This document shows, piece after piece, positions 18,745 through 29,603 of a DNA stretch of 64,000 nucleotides. This stretch comes from Alphaproteobacteria bacterium. Its GTDB lineage: Bacteria; Pseudomonadota; Alphaproteobacteria; UBA828. The first letter of the stretch is position 1; the number at the start of each line of letters is the position of its first letter. The position numbers and the translations under genes are program-made. The stretch lies in the NCBI GenBank assembly GCA_963422645.2, contig CAXXVO010000009.1, forward strand, positions 288,001-352,000, given 5' to 3'. The notes below the pieces were generated by a model. That model worked only from the letters and a program-made list of their open reading frames with translations. It searched no databases and was not told where the DNA came from.

Positions 18745-19271
18745 GCCCTGATGATGGCGTCGTGGATCTTGGTAAAGCCGATGAGGGAGTAGCTGTCCTC
18801 GGAATACGTATTCTTGAGCGAGACACCGCGCACATTCATCTCGCGGCCGCGGACCATGGCCTTGACGACGTTAGCATCCGCTGCTTCGTCACTGACCCAC
18901 GCATGCTCCCCGTGGGTGAGGTCGAAGTTGAACTGACGCCCGTCGATGGTCACCTTTACGGCCTTCCCTTCGGGATAGGGATAGCCCGAGGTCACGCTCA
19001 CCTCCTCGGTCGTTCTGCTGCCCTGACGTCGAGTGACCATGACGTTGGGCGCACCGCGTCGCTTGTAGTTGCCCTTGGACTTCACCGGCTTCGAGTGCAT
19101 GTAGCAGACCTTGGTACCGTCTCTCATGTAGCTGTGGGCTCTCCAATTCGCATTCTCGGCCAAGGGCTCGGGCTTCACCTGCGCGTTCGCCCCCTGGGGG
19201 CCCGCGAGCAGTGAAACACAAAGAAGGGCGGAGAACAGGAACGCCGGCGTCGCGGCGATGCGTCGGATCAT
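18735..19271 (-). CDS. Invasion-associated locus B family exported protein
   Basis: Signal peptide; W..H....G.KVCYM, D.YSL.GFT...C; typical neighbour of rlmN in Alphaproteobacteria. Confidence 0.7.
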   Translation of the reverse strand: MIRRIAATPAFLFSALLCVSLLAGPQGANAQVKPEPLAENANWRAHSYMRDGTKVCYMHSKPVKSKGNYKRRGAPNVMVTRRQGSRTTEEVSVTSGYPYPEGKAVKVTIDGRQFNFDLTHGEHAWVSDEAADANVVKAMVRGREMNVRGVSLKNTYSEDSYSLIGFTKIHDAIIRACR

Positions 19272-19464
19272 GGCCTCTGAAAACCTATGAGAGACGGCGG
19301 CGCAGCATAACCAAATTGATGCTCGGCCGCCAGTACCTCTGCTCGGCAGTTCTCTTCACGATTTCGGATACGGGCGTCTGCCTGCCTCGGCTGCCTTTCC
19401 CTCCAACTGAATGCGCCGCCGCGAAGCGGTTTACGGCAGGCCCGACGCAGGCCATATAGAGAGC

Positions 19465-20031
19465 ATGGCAATACTCAAAATCGCGCGCATGGGCCATCCC
19501 GTGCTGAGCCGCCCTGCATTGCCGGTCGCCAACCCGGCCGCGCCCGCGATCGCGCGCTTGATTGAGGACATGGTCGACACGCTGGTCGACGCCAACGGAG
19601 CCGGCCTCGCCGCGCCACAGGTGCACGTGCCGCTGCGACTCGTGCTCTTCCGCGTGCCGCCAGGCCGCGAGGCGGCCGAGGACGAGGAGGGCGGGGATAA
19701 CGAGTTGGTATCCGAATCGGAACTCGAGTCGCCGACGGTCCTCATAAACCCCGTGATCGAGCCGATCGGTGAGAGCATGGTGGAGGACATGGAGGCGTGC
19801 CTCTCCCTCCCCGGCCTCGCAGGCATGGTGCCGCGACACGATCACATCCGCTATCGTTGGACGGATACTGAAGGCCGGAAGCACGATTGCGAGGCGCAGG
19901 GCTTCCACGCCCGAGTCGTGCAGCACGAGTGCGACCACCTGGACGGAATCCTCTACCCGATGCGGATGACCGACCTCTCGACCCTCACCTTCACCAGTGA
20001 ACTGGGCCGCGCGGCGGCTGGGGAGGTCTAA
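19465..20031 (+). CDS. def: Peptide deformylase
   Basis: GAGLAAPQ, EACLS, QHECDHLDG. Confidence 0.93.
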   Translation: MAILKIARMGHPVLSRPALPVANPAAPAIARLIEDMVDTLVDANGAGLAAPQVHVPLRLVLFRVPPGREAAEDEEGGDNELVSESELESPTVLINPVIEPIGESMVEDMEACLSLPGLAGMVPRHDHIRYRWTDTEGRKHDCEAQGFHARVVQHECDHLDGILYPMRMTDLSTLTFTSELGRAAAGEV

Positions 20032-20034
20032 GCC

Positions 20035-20724
20035 GTGTGGCGGGCGCTGCCTCTGGACGAGACCCGCGACCGGCTGCTGGGCGCGGCACTCCCTCACGTG
20101 CCCTTCGACGGCTGGTCCGAAAAGGCGCTTGCGGCAGCAGCGGCGGAGCTCGACATCGATCCAGACGAAGCGCGCCACGCCTTCCCCGGTGGGCCGGTCG
20201 CGCTCGTTGCCTATCACGCGGCTTACGCCGACCGCCGCATGGAGGACGCACTCGAAGAGGCCGACCTGACGGCAATGCGGGTGCGGGAGCGCATCGTGCA
20301 CGCTGTGCGTCTTCGGCTCGAACAGAACGCAGCACACCGGGAAGCGATCCGCGCGGCGCTCCCCATCCTGGCGCAGCCCGCCAACGGACCGCACGCGCTT
20401 TCTTCCCTCTACCGCACCGTTGATGCGATCTGGTTCGCGGTCGGCGACAAGACGACTGACTTCGGCTTCTACACCAAGCGGGCCCTGCTTGCCGGCGTTT
20501 ACCTGTCCACCCTGCTTTATTGGCTGAACGACGGGTCCGAGGGAGGAGAGGCCACCTGGGCCTTTCTCGACCGCCGCATCGCCGACGTCATGCGTATCCA
20601 GACTGCGCGCGCGCGATTCGGCGGCTTTCGCCCGCCCGGCTTCGGACTATTGCAGCGCCTACGCGAAGCCGCCCGCGCCGCAGCGGATCCCATGCAAGGG
20701 CATGGCCCGCAGAGGCCGTCGTAG
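20035..20724 (+). CDS. COQ9 family protein
   Basis: HVPFDGWS, FPGG, DAIW..GD..TDF.FYTKRA.L, TWAFLDRRI. Confidence 0.88.
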   Translation: MWRALPLDETRDRLLGAALPHVPFDGWSEKALAAAAAELDIDPDEARHAFPGGPVALVAYHAAYADRRMEDALEEADLTAMRVRERIVHAVRLRLEQNAAHREAIRAALPILAQPANGPHALSSLYRTVDAIWFAVGDKTTDFGFYTKRALLAGVYLSTLLYWLNDGSEGGEATWAFLDRRIADVMRIQTARARFGGFRPPGFGLLQRLREAARAAADPMQGHGPQRPS

Positions 20725-20752
20725 AGAGCAGCCCCGGCACGGTCGCCGGCTC

Positions 20753-21946
20753 TTACACCAGAAGTTCGACCAGCAGGCCGTTGAGCAGCGGGCGACCGAC
20801 GGCGGTTGCCCTCAGCCGCCCGTCGCGCCGCTCCAGGTAACCGGCCTCGACGAGGCGGGCGAGGCCAGCACGGTCGATCACCCGGTCCGGGTCGCAGCCG
20901 GTGCGCTGCCTCAAGTGCGCTTCGGACACCCCTTCCGCGAGTCGAAGACCCATCATCAGCATCTCGCGCGCCTGCTCCTGCGGGTCGAGGGCGCGAGTCT
21001 CGGCAGTGCCGTGGCCGGCACGCTCGACGGCAGCGAGCCAGGATTCGGGGCCGGCGTGCTGGCGAGTCGCCTGCCGGCCGCCCTCAGCAAACTGGATGCG
21101 ACCATGGGCACCCGGCCCGACGCCCACATAGTCGTCATAGCGCCAATAGGCGAGATTGTGGCGGCTGGCATCGCCGCCGCGCGCATGGTTCGAGACCTCG
21201 TAGGCCGCAAAGCCGGCCGCCTCCATGACCTCTTGGGTCAGGTCGTACAGAGCGCGGCCGGTATCGTCGTCGGGCAGCGCGATCGTACCGTCGCGCTCCT
21301 GCCGCCAGAATGGCGTGCCTTTCTCGATGGTGAGCTGATAGAGCGAGAGGTGGTGGCCGGCGAAGGACAACGCCTCGGTCAGCTCGTCGCGCCAGGCCTC
21401 GGCGGTCTGGCCGGGCCTCGCGTATATCAGGTCGAAGGAGCTGCGCGGCATGATGCGCTGCGCCAGTGCCACCGCGTGCCGCGCCTCCGCCGCGTCGTGC
21501 CCGCGTCCGAGAAAATGAAGGGCGTCGTCGTCCAGCGCCTGCACCCCGAGCGAGACCCGGTTGATGCCGGCCGCGCGAAAATCCTCGAGGCGCGCCGCCT
21601 CGGTCGAGGTCGGATTGGCTTCGAGGGTGATCTCCGCGTCCTCTGCGAGGGTCCAGCACAGCCTCGCCCGGTCGATGACGGCAGCCGCGGTCTCGGGTGG
21701 CATCAGCGAAGGCGTGCCTCCACCGAAAAAGATGCTGGTTATCGTCGCCCCCGGCAGCAGCCCTGCGAAATGGGCGAGCTCGCGGAGCAGCGCACCCCGC
21801 CACCTGGCCTGATCGACACTTTCCCGGACATGGCTGTTGAAGTCGCAGTAGGGGCACTTGGAAAGGCAAAAGGGCCAGTGGACGTAAAGGGCGAGTGCCG
21901 GGACAGGCGACGCTTCGATAAGGTCCGATTCGGCGTCGTCGGTCAC
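20753..21946 (-). CDS. hemW: Radical SAM heme chaperone HemW
   Basis: [35 protein letters not shown]; GTG start overlaps the rdgB stop. Confidence 0.9.
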   Translation of the reverse strand: MTDDAESDLIEASPVPALALYVHWPFCLSKCPYCDFNSHVRESVDQARWRGALLRELAHFAGLLPGATITSIFFGGGTPSLMPPETAAAVIDRARLCWTLAEDAEITLEANPTSTEAARLEDFRAAGINRVSLGVQALDDDALHFLGRGHDAAEARHAVALAQRIMPRSSFDLIYARPGQTAEAWRDELTEALSFAGHHLSLYQLTIEKGTPFWRQERDGTIALPDDDTGRALYDLTQEVMEAAGFAAYEVSNHARGGDASRHNLAYWRYDDYVGVGPGAHGRIQFAEGGRQATRQHAGPESWLAAVERAGHGTAETRALDPQEQAREMLMMGLRLAEGVSEAHLRQRTGCDPDRVIDRAGLARLVEAGYLERRDGRLRATAVGRPLLNGLLVELLV

Positions 21947-22560
21947 GGCCGGGACGGCAGGCAGGCTGCCTCCAATTGCTCGAAGGCGCGCGCCCGATGG
22001 GTCAGCGGCTGTTTCTCCTCCGGCAGCATCTCGCCGAAAGTGCGTCCGTGGCCGTCGGGGACGAAGATCGGGTCGTAACCGAACCCATGTTGGCCGCGCG
22101 GCGGAAACGTGAGGGTCCCGTCCACGCGGCCTTCGACGTTCTCGCAGTGACCATCCGGCCAACCGAGGGAGAGCGCGCAGACGAAATACGTCGCGGTGCC
22201 GCCGGTCTCGCGTCCGCGTGACGCAAGCTCCGCCTCGATGCGCGCCATCGCCACGCGAAAATCCTTCCCCGGGCCCGCCCAACGGGCGGAATAGATGCCG
22301 GGGGCATCGTCGAGCGCGGGCACCACGAGGCCGGAATCGTCGGCGAGCGCGGGCTCGCCGCTCGCCTCCGCCGCAGCGCGGGCCTTGAGCGCCGCGTTTG
22401 CGATGAATGTATCGCCGGTCTCCTCCGGCTCCGGGAGGCCCAGCGTCGAAGCGCCCACTGCCTCGATGCCGAGGGAGGCCAGCAGCGCCGCAATCTCGCG
22501 GACCTTGCCGGCGTTATGGCTCGCCACGATCAGGCGCGCCGCCACGAGACGACGGGCCAT
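21943..22560 (-). CDS. rdgB: dITP/XTP pyrophosphatase
   Basis: [29 protein letters not shown]. Confidence 0.93.
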   Translation of the reverse strand: MARRLVAARLIVASHNAGKVREIAALLASLGIEAVGASTLGLPEPEETGDTFIANAALKARAAAEASGEPALADDSGLVVPALDDAPGIYSARWAGPGKDFRVAMARIEAELASRGRETGGTATYFVCALSLGWPDGHCENVEGRVDGTLTFPPRGQHGFGYDPIFVPDGHGRTFGEMLPEEKQPLTHRARAFEQLEAACLPSRP

Positions 22561-22565
22561 GGCGC

Positions 22566-23288
<723 letters not shown>

Positions 23289-23454
23289 GGCAGGTCCCTC
23301 CCCCCCTTGGCGGCGCGACACTATCGCGGGGCCCGGAGAGCGTCCACCCCAACCCAGCGCCGCGCAGACCATGACCGTGGCAAGAAGTTCGGTCTGGCAG
23401 TCTGTCGGACTTTGGGTCATCGATTGAGGATGGTCTTGTCGACGGTGGATTTGG

Positions 23455-23740
23455 CGTCGGTCCGAGCTATCGCCCGTCAGATACGCCGCCCATTGATCCA
23501 TCAACAGGCGACGGCTCCCCGCGCCAGGCGGCGGTTCTCGAAGGCCTTGTCGCGGGCCTCGGCCAGACTGACGAGCGGGAATCCGCCCAGGCCGATGTCG
23601 CGGCGTTTTCCCTAAATCGCGATTCGCTGGATCCAGCTCTTGGAGCCCCCCGGTGCCACGTTCAGATAGAGCGTCGGGTCGGCCCGGTACATGCCGGGCT
23701 TCTTGAGCGCCTGCGCCTTCGCGGCCGTGAGCCGATTCAT
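23455..23740 (-). pseudogene. P4-like tyrosine integrase relic (Arm domain plus extreme C-terminus, core deleted)
   Basis: [39 protein letters not shown], then [12 protein letters not shown] in another frame; lies just 3' of tRNA-Leu. Confidence 0.8.
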
Positions 23741-23875
23741 GCTTTCCCCACGTTTCCCCGCGGTTCGATTGGGGTGCTGTAGGGAATCGAACGGAAGAGA
23801 CAAGCCAATTATTGGTGTTATAACAGTGAGTTATGGAACTTCCGGGAATGCCCCGGAATGCGCAAGAAGGGATCG

Positions 23876-23963
23876 TGGTGCCCGCGCCCGGACTCGAACC
23901 GGGACTCCCTGTCGGGAAACGGATTTTAAGTCCGTTGCGTCTACCAAATTCCGCCACGCGGGC
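23876..23963 (-). tRNA. tRNA-Leu(TAA)
   Basis: GCCCGCG acceptor stem, ACGGA-CT-TAA-AA-TCCGT anticodon arm, long variable arm, GGTTCGAGTCC, CCA end. Confidence 0.95.
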
Positions 23964-24205
23964 CGGGGGACGCTGCGCCACACGATAGGAAGCGCGGCGG
24001 ATGGCGGCAAGCGGCGTCGCGCAGCCAACCCGTTCATTTCCCTCAATCGGCGGATGCCGGTCTTTTTGATTTCCCTCAAGCGCCGCGCGCTCACTCCGTT
24101 CGCTGGGCTACGCGCCTTATTCGAGACATTCTGATGCATCACACTAAGCCTCTGAACAATGGCACTATTTCACAGTTCCAGTGATCCTTACTCAGCATTC
24201 TTTAT

Positions 24206-25094
24206 CCTGCTTATCCGTGACACTCCGCCTGCGGGGATGTATGTTCTCAATATGTTCCGTATGGGGGGGGTCACGGTCATGAGGTTCAAGGTTGCATCGC
24301 GCGTGCGCGGTCTGAGCGACGAGGCGTTTCGCGAGGCCTTCGGCACCGAGGAGCAGTGCCGCGCGGCGCTGCTCCGGCTGCGCTGGCCGGAGGGCTTTGT
24401 CTGCCCCTGCTGCGGCAATCGGGAGCATTGCGTGCTGGCGGGTCGGGGTCTCTATCAATGCAACCGGTGCAAGAAGCAGACATCGCCCACGGCGGGCACG
24501 ATCTTCCACGCGACCAAGCTGCCGCTGACACTCTGGTTCGCCGCCATCCACCTGATCGTGACGGCGAAGAAGGGCATCTCGTCGGTGGAACTCGGCCGCC
24601 GTCTCGGGGTCAAGCAGCCGACGGCCTGGGCCGTGAAGCACAAGATCATGGCGGTGATGGCGCGGCGCGAGGGGGAGACGGCGCTTGCGGGGCGGGTGGA
24701 GATGGACGACGCCTATCTCGGCGGGGTGCGCTCCGGCGGCAAGCGGGGCCGCGGCGCGGCGGTTGTGACGGACGGACTGGGCTGCTGGAGCGCACTCGAC
24801 GAGATCGCCTGCAGCCATCAGGCGATCCGTACCGGGTCGGGCCGACAGGCGGCCCGCATGGCGCCGTTCAAATGGGTGAACACGACGCTCGGCAACATCA
24901 AGAGCGCGATCACCGGGACCTATCGCAAGCTCGGCCCCGACCATGCCGGACGCTATCTCGCCAGCTTCGCCTGGCGCTACAACCGGCGCTATCAACTCCA
25001 GACAATGATCCCGCGTTTCGTCCATAGCGCCGCACGAACACAGCCCATGCCCTATCGCCTCCTCATCGCCGGATGACTTTCAGGGATAAGCAGG
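24206..25094 (+). mobile_element. IS1595-family element, probably internally deleted
   Basis: IRs CCTGCTTATCC.TGA and TCA.GGATAAGCAGG; 8-bp TSD TTCTTTAT at 24198-24205 and 25095-25102. Confidence 0.88.
24279..25076 (+). pseudogene. IS1595 transposase, likely in-frame deletion
   Basis: Zn ribbon CPCC..CNRC, HTH, EMDDAYLGG; GKRGRGA abuts VVTDG with the usual intervening segment apparently absent. Confidence 0.75.
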
Positions 25095-25182
25095 TTCTTT
25101 ATTGTACTGTGATCACCGAGTCAGCACAGATTGTTGTTAAGCGCGCGATGTTGACCCCTATGAGTCAAAAGAAAACAACTAG

Positions 25183-25594
25183 TTAGCGCGCCGATCGGCG
25201 TCCAATCCGCGCGCCGACCAACAACGGGGGAAGGCGTGCTGCCGCAGGACCTGCACATACTCCCGCCGTCGCGCTACGTCGGCTTGTGAATGTCGATGAC
25301 CGTCCGGGCGGCGTCCTCGAATGTCGGAATGTCCGGCCGCCGCTTGAGCGCCAACGGATCGCCGCCAGCACGGGCCAGTTTGCGGTTGTCGAACGCCGCC
25401 GCGCGCGCTTCGGCCAGGGAGACCAGGGGATAGCCGCCGAGCCCGATGTCGCACCGCCGCCCTTGCACGACGGTCCGCAGGACCCAGGATTTCGCGCCGC
25501 TCGGCTTGACCAACAGATAGAGGCCGTTGCCGTCGCCATGCCGCCCCGCTTTCGTGACCGTCGCGGCGAACCTCGCATTCAGTCTACCCGCCAC
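25183..25594 (-). pseudogene. Second P4-like integrase relic (Arm DNA-binding domain)
   Basis: [42 protein letters not shown], then stop and degenerate sequence. Confidence 0.8.
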
Positions 25595-25841
25595 CGCCGT
25601 TCCCTCATTCGTTCCCACCTACGACATGAGGACAAGGTAGCGTTTGGTAGATATATCAAGCCGTCATTGGCACCGTAACCCTTGAGTGCTCATAGCTCTT
25701 CTGGCATTGCCTAGAATGCGGTGGCAGTGGGGATGCGGTCACTCCCTCCGCCACGCATCGCTGCCCGCATTTGCCCTGCCCTGCGACCGGGCGGGCTTCT
25801 TGCCGCCCCGCACGCCGCTGACAGCTTGAGAGGACGAATCG

Positions 25842-26510
25842 ATGGAACTGTACGAGGCCATGCGCACGACCTTCGCCTGCCGCGACTTCACCGACGATCA
25901 CCTGCCCGACGAGGTGATCCACGAGATGATCGAGAACGCCCGCTTCTCGCCGAGCGGTGGCAACCGGCAGGGCAACCGGGTCATCATCGTGCGCGACATG
26001 GCGACCCGGCAGCGGCTCTCCGACCTGACGGTGCCGGTCGCCAAGCGCTACCGCGCCCAGATGGACGCGGGCGAAAGCCCTTGGAGCGCTTACGTTCCGA
26101 CCAAGCTTACGCCTGAGCAGATCGAGGCGACCTCGGCGCCGGCCATGCTGACCGAGCCGTTGATCAAGTCCTCCGTCGTGCTCGTGATCTGCGTCGACCT
26201 TAAGGTCGTCGCCGCGACCGATCAGTATCTGGACCGCGTCGGCGTGATCGGCGGGGCCTCCATCTATCCCTTCGCCTGGAGCCTGCTGCTGGCGGCGCGG
26301 CAGAACGGGTTCGGCGGCACGATCACGACCCTCCCCATCGCCCACGAGCCCGAGATAAAGACGCTGCTCAACATCCCCGACGATCACGCGGTCTGCGCGG
26401 TCATGCCCTTCGGGCGCCCGCTCAAGCAGCTCACCAAGCTGAGGCGCCGCCCGGTGGAGGAGATCGCCACCCGCGAGCGCTTCGACGGCGAGGCGTTCAC
26501 GCAGAATTGA
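25842..26510 (+). CDS. Nitroreductase family protein
   Basis: MELYEAMRT..ACRDF, FSPSGGNRQ, LLLAAR..GFGG. Confidence 0.88.
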   Translation: MELYEAMRTTFACRDFTDDHLPDEVIHEMIENARFSPSGGNRQGNRVIIVRDMATRQRLSDLTVPVAKRYRAQMDAGESPWSAYVPTKLTPEQIEATSAPAMLTEPLIKSSVVLVICVDLKVVAATDQYLDRVGVIGGASIYPFAWSLLLAARQNGFGGTITTLPIAHEPEIKTLLNIPDDHAVCAVMPFGRPLKQLTKLRRRPVEEIATRERFDGEAFTQN

Positions 26511-26548
26511 TGCGTGCCTGCTGCATCGAATAGGGCGGCACAGACGAC

Positions 26549-26581
26549 GAGACCCCGCAGGGACATACCCTGCGGGGTCTC
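26549..26581. terminator. Perfect 14-bp hairpin between convergent nitroreductase and tRNA-Asn
   Basis: gagaccccgcaggg-acata-ccctgcggggtctc. Confidence 0.65.
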
Positions 26582-26621
26582 ATGCCTGCCGGCGGACCGC
26601 CTGCACCGGCGGCCCCGAAGA

Positions 26622-26697
26622 TGGCTCCCCGGGCCGGACTCGAACCAGCGACCCAGCGGTTAACAGCCGCTTGCTCTACCAACTGAGCTACCGGGGA
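26622..26697 (-). tRNA. tRNA-Asn(GTT)
   Basis: TCCCCGG acceptor stem, GCGG-CT-GTT-AA-CCGC anticodon arm, T arm, CCA end. Confidence 0.95.
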
Positions 26698-26859
26698 TTA
26701 TTGATCGCTCTTTGGCCGCTCACCTCCCGGCTGAACGTCCAATTGCACGCCCTATATAGCATCAAGCCGGCCGCCATTCCAGATACCGCCGCCTTGGCGG
26801 CGCCGGCGGCGGGGCCGGTTGCGCCGCGGTCTGAATCGTGGCAAATCTCGGCCGCTTGT

Positions 26860-26935
<76 letters not shown>

Positions 26936-26963
26936 CCAAAACCTCAATAAAATCAGTCGATTA

Positions 26964-26986
26964 GGCGGCCCCGGAGAGGGGCCGCC
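26964..26986 (+). terminator. Hairpin after tRNA-Lys
   Basis: ggcggcccc-ggaga-ggggccgcc. Confidence 0.5.
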
Positions 26987-27105
26987 AATACGCCGATGGG
27001 CAGCGTGTCACAAGGATGTCATGAAAAACAAAACTTTGGGGGCACCCCTTTCCATATGCTCTAGCCGTCACCACATATGCACGGCGGCGCATTACGACGC
27101 CGAGT

Positions 27106-27417
27106 GTGGCCAATCTGATAGGAGACCTCATCGTGACCCAAGAGTACGTGCTCAAGCCAGAAAATGAGAAATTCACCGTAAGTGAGCCCAAGAACTGTGT
27201 GATGCATGTGACCCGGGGCGAGTTCACCGCGGTCATCAACATTCACGAGAAGACCAACCAATACCGCGAGGCATTGGATGGTTGGGGTCTCGACCACAAT
27301 ACTCTTCAGGCCGCAATCGACTCGGCTTGTCGCCGCATTCTGAACAAGGCCGCCCAACCATCACAGAAAGAGCTGTGCGCAGGGATGGACGAGTTCTACA
27401 AGGGCCTCAACAAGTAG
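27106..27417 (+). CDS. Hypothetical protein, 103 aa, lower GC
   Basis: Protein-like composition, codon usage unlike the host genes; no family recognised. Confidence 0.6.
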   Translation: MANLIGDLIVTQEYVLKPENEKFTVSEPKNCVMHVTRGEFTAVINIHEKTNQYREALDGWGLDHNTLQAAIDSACRRILNKAAQPSQKELCAGMDEFYKGLNK

Positions 27418-27420
27418 TTT

Positions 27421-27447
27421 CGGGTTCGAATCCTGCCGCCGGCACCA
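27421..27447 (+). other. tRNA 3'-end fragment (att-like scar)
   Basis: cgggttcgaatcctgccgccggcacca = T arm, acceptor 3' strand and CCA, with no 5' half. Confidence 0.7.
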
Positions 27448-27555
27448 ATCAAATCAACGAGTTATCGTGTAGTCTGGGAAGCTGCGGGACGCCCATGTCG
27501 CCGGATGGCGCCCTTGTCACCGCTCGCGCAGGTGGTCAAATCCGGGCGCGTGGCG

Positions 27556-27846
27556 TTATTCGGCCGCCGCCTGCCGGTCCAGCAGCCGCCGCCGACGGGT
27601 GGACAAGGACTGCACGGGGCGCCCGAACATGATGGCCAGTTCCCCCAGGGCACCGTACTTCACCCGGCCGGACCTTGGCTCGGTAGGCAGGGCCAACAGG
27701 TGCTCATCCTCCCGTTTCGTGTAGAAGCGCCATTGCAGCGGCGCCCTTGCGTCGCCGTACTGGTACTGCCGATTGACGTGCTTTGCGCACAATCCCCGCG
27801 CACGGTGCGGCCGGCCGCAGCCCGTGACCTCGCAGCGGCGCGTCAT
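27556..27846 (-). CDS. Small Zn-finger plus HTH/Myb-like protein
   Basis: CEVTGC..H.ARGLCAKH, then YTKREDEHLL...ELAIMFGR; ATG overlaps the portal stop. Confidence 0.55.
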   Translation of the reverse strand: MTRRCEVTGCGRPHRARGLCAKHVNRQYQYGDARAPLQWRFYTKREDEHLLALPTEPRSGRVKYGALGELAIMFGRPVQSLSTRRRRLLDRQAAAE

Positions 27847-28901
27847 TCCATGAGAATCCCGCTGGCCGCCGCAGCGGCGGTCATGTCCATGCCGGCGCCG
27901 ACCAAACTTTGAAACGCCCGCGCACGTCCCGCGATATCGCCCGCCCGTAGCTCTGCCCAGGACAGGGACACGTTGCCTTCCAGCTTGGCGGTAAGCTCGG
28001 TCTCGACCATGCGGCCTATCGGCGCGATGCAGCTGTGCATGGCCTGCCTGTACGCCTCGCGTGCGGCGGTCTCGCCTTCGGACGTGAACAGCGCCGGGTT
28101 CAATCCGCAAGCGCTGTAGACCTCTAGCGTGGCCCGCTGCATGAGCATAATCAGCCCGTCCGGGGGGGAGGCCCCGAACCTTTGCTGTTGCCACGTGGCC
28201 GCGCCGCTCCCGGCGCTGTCCCAATCGCCAAGCTCGGCAAGCAGGACCGCGCCCCCGGCGCCCTTGATGTCACCCTTGAGGCTGGCCACGGTCGGGTCAT
28301 TGCCGCCGACCGGAATCGGCATGAAGCTGCCGCGCGGGCCGGATGCCTCATCGGCCAGGGCAGCCGCGACCTCAGCCGACAGCTTGCCCGCCAGCACGGC
28401 CACGCCAATCGGGCCATAGCCCTGCCACGCCCGCCCCGGATCGAAGGCATAGCGGAAATGCAGCACGCCTTCCGCCGGCACGGTGTCGGTCGTCTCGATC
28501 TTGTCGGGGCCGGCAACCGTCACCTGGTAACGCCAGGTCATCGGGTCGGCGCCCCCGCGCACGTCCCAATTCTGCGCAGGGAGCAAGCGCAGCCCGTCGC
28601 CCGACGTGTCGATTAGCAGCACAAGGTCGCCGGTGCGCATGAGGGTGCGGCCGATCAGGGACATGCAGCCCGGCGTGAGCGCGCCCTTGATGGTGTCGGG
28701 TGCCTCGACCTCGGCAACCGCGAAGCTGCGGCCGATGAAGCCCGCGCACGCCTCCAGGGCCGCCGTGGCGTGCGGGACGGCGGTCGCCGTGTTCGATTGC
28801 GCGTTCACGATCAGCGTGGTGAGCGCGTCGCTGTAGGACTGTGCGCGCGCCTCCAGGTCTGCAATGCGCGCCTCTAGCTTCCCCTGTCCCGGCCAGCGCA
28901 T
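27843..28901 (-). CDS. Phage portal-like protein
   Basis: A..AC...I...FA, L...GD, VPAEGVLHFRY, GYGPI, IAPIG..VE.ELT.KL resemble HK97-type portals. Confidence 0.65.
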   Translation of the reverse strand: MRWPGQGKLEARIADLEARAQSYSDALTTLIVNAQSNTATAVPHATAALEACAGFIGRSFAVAEVEAPDTIKGALTPGCMSLIGRTLMRTGDLVLLIDTSGDGLRLLPAQNWDVRGGADPMTWRYQVTVAGPDKIETTDTVPAEGVLHFRYAFDPGRAWQGYGPIGVAVLAGKLSAEVAAALADEASGPRGSFMPIPVGGNDPTVASLKGDIKGAGGAVLLAELGDWDSAGSGAATWQQQRFGASPPDGLIMLMQRATLEVYSACGLNPALFTSEGETAAREAYRQAMHSCIAPIGRMVETELTAKLEGNVSLSWAELRAGDIAGRARAFQSLVGAGMDMTAAAAASGILME

Positions 28902-28902
28902 G

Positions 28903-29271
28903 TCAGACTCCTACCTCCCGGCGGTACTCGGCACGGATCATCGCGATAATCGCCGCGCGGTTGCTCGCAATGATGTCCATGGCCAATTCCGCGATGGTGT
29001 CCCGGCTGGGGCCGATGCGCAGGAAGCGGCCATAGAAGATGCCCCGCAATTCGATGGCCGGGCCGCGTTGCACGATCTTGAGAGAACGGGACAGCTTGCC
29101 CGTTCTACGCGGCACGCGGGATTTCAGGGCAGGGATCAGGAAACGCCGCAGCACCTTGGCGACGATCCGGCCAAGCACTTCCGGGTCGCGCGCACGCTCG
29201 ATGAACCTTTGCAGCTTGCGCCCGCCCCGGATCGTGACGTGCACCCTGCCGGCGCTTGCGGAGAGGGGCAT
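28903..29271 (-). CDS. HK97 gp10-like neck protein
   Basis: Basic protein with K.RVPRRTGKL.RS, resembling the P..TG.L..S motif. Confidence 0.55.
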   Translation of the reverse strand: MPLSASAGRVHVTIRGGRKLQRFIERARDPEVLGRIVAKVLRRFLIPALKSRVPRRTGKLSRSLKIVQRGPAIELRGIFYGRFLRIGPSRDTIAELAMDIIASNRAAIIAMIRAEYRREVGV

Positions 29272-29600
29272 TACGTCACCTCCCGCACCACTTCGATTCC
29301 GATGTAGCGGCGCCGCGCGTCCGACTCACCTATGCCGGTCGCCTCCCACGTAAAGCCGAACTCATCAATGACGGATATCTCGGCAATTGACGCGCGGGCA
29401 AGCGCCTCAAACCATCGCACCGTGTACGAGCGGGCGGCCGTGACTAGCAGCCCGCCTTCCGTCTCCGCGTCCGACGATCCGGCGCCGCGCTGTTCGGCCC
29501 AAAGTTGATAGTCGGTTATAGGGCCGGGTGCAGGTTCCCCGAACTCGTTGACGGTAGAGGGCGCGCTGTGGCGCACCGTTATCCTGCGGTCGAGCGGCAC
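29271..29600 (-). CDS. Phage head-closure / head-tail adaptor
   Basis: LDRRITV....NEFGEP....WAE, YTVRW; 109 aa. Confidence 0.7.
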   Translation of the reverse strand: MPLDRRITVRHSAPSTVNEFGEPAPGPITDYQLWAEQRGAGSSDAETEGGLLVTAARSYTVRWFEALARASIAEISVIDEFGFTWEATGIGESDARRRYIGIEVVREVT

Positions 29601-29603
29601 GGC

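Noticed and set aside
23289-23981. 471-aa Rph with a long N-terminal extension
   Set aside because: The extension runs through tRNA-Leu and an integrase relic; the real start is MRPSGR at 23288
24157-24166. CAATGGCACT as the partner IR of the IS4 end at 35597, forming a composite transposon
   Set aside because: The match is only about 8 bp and no TSD is evident
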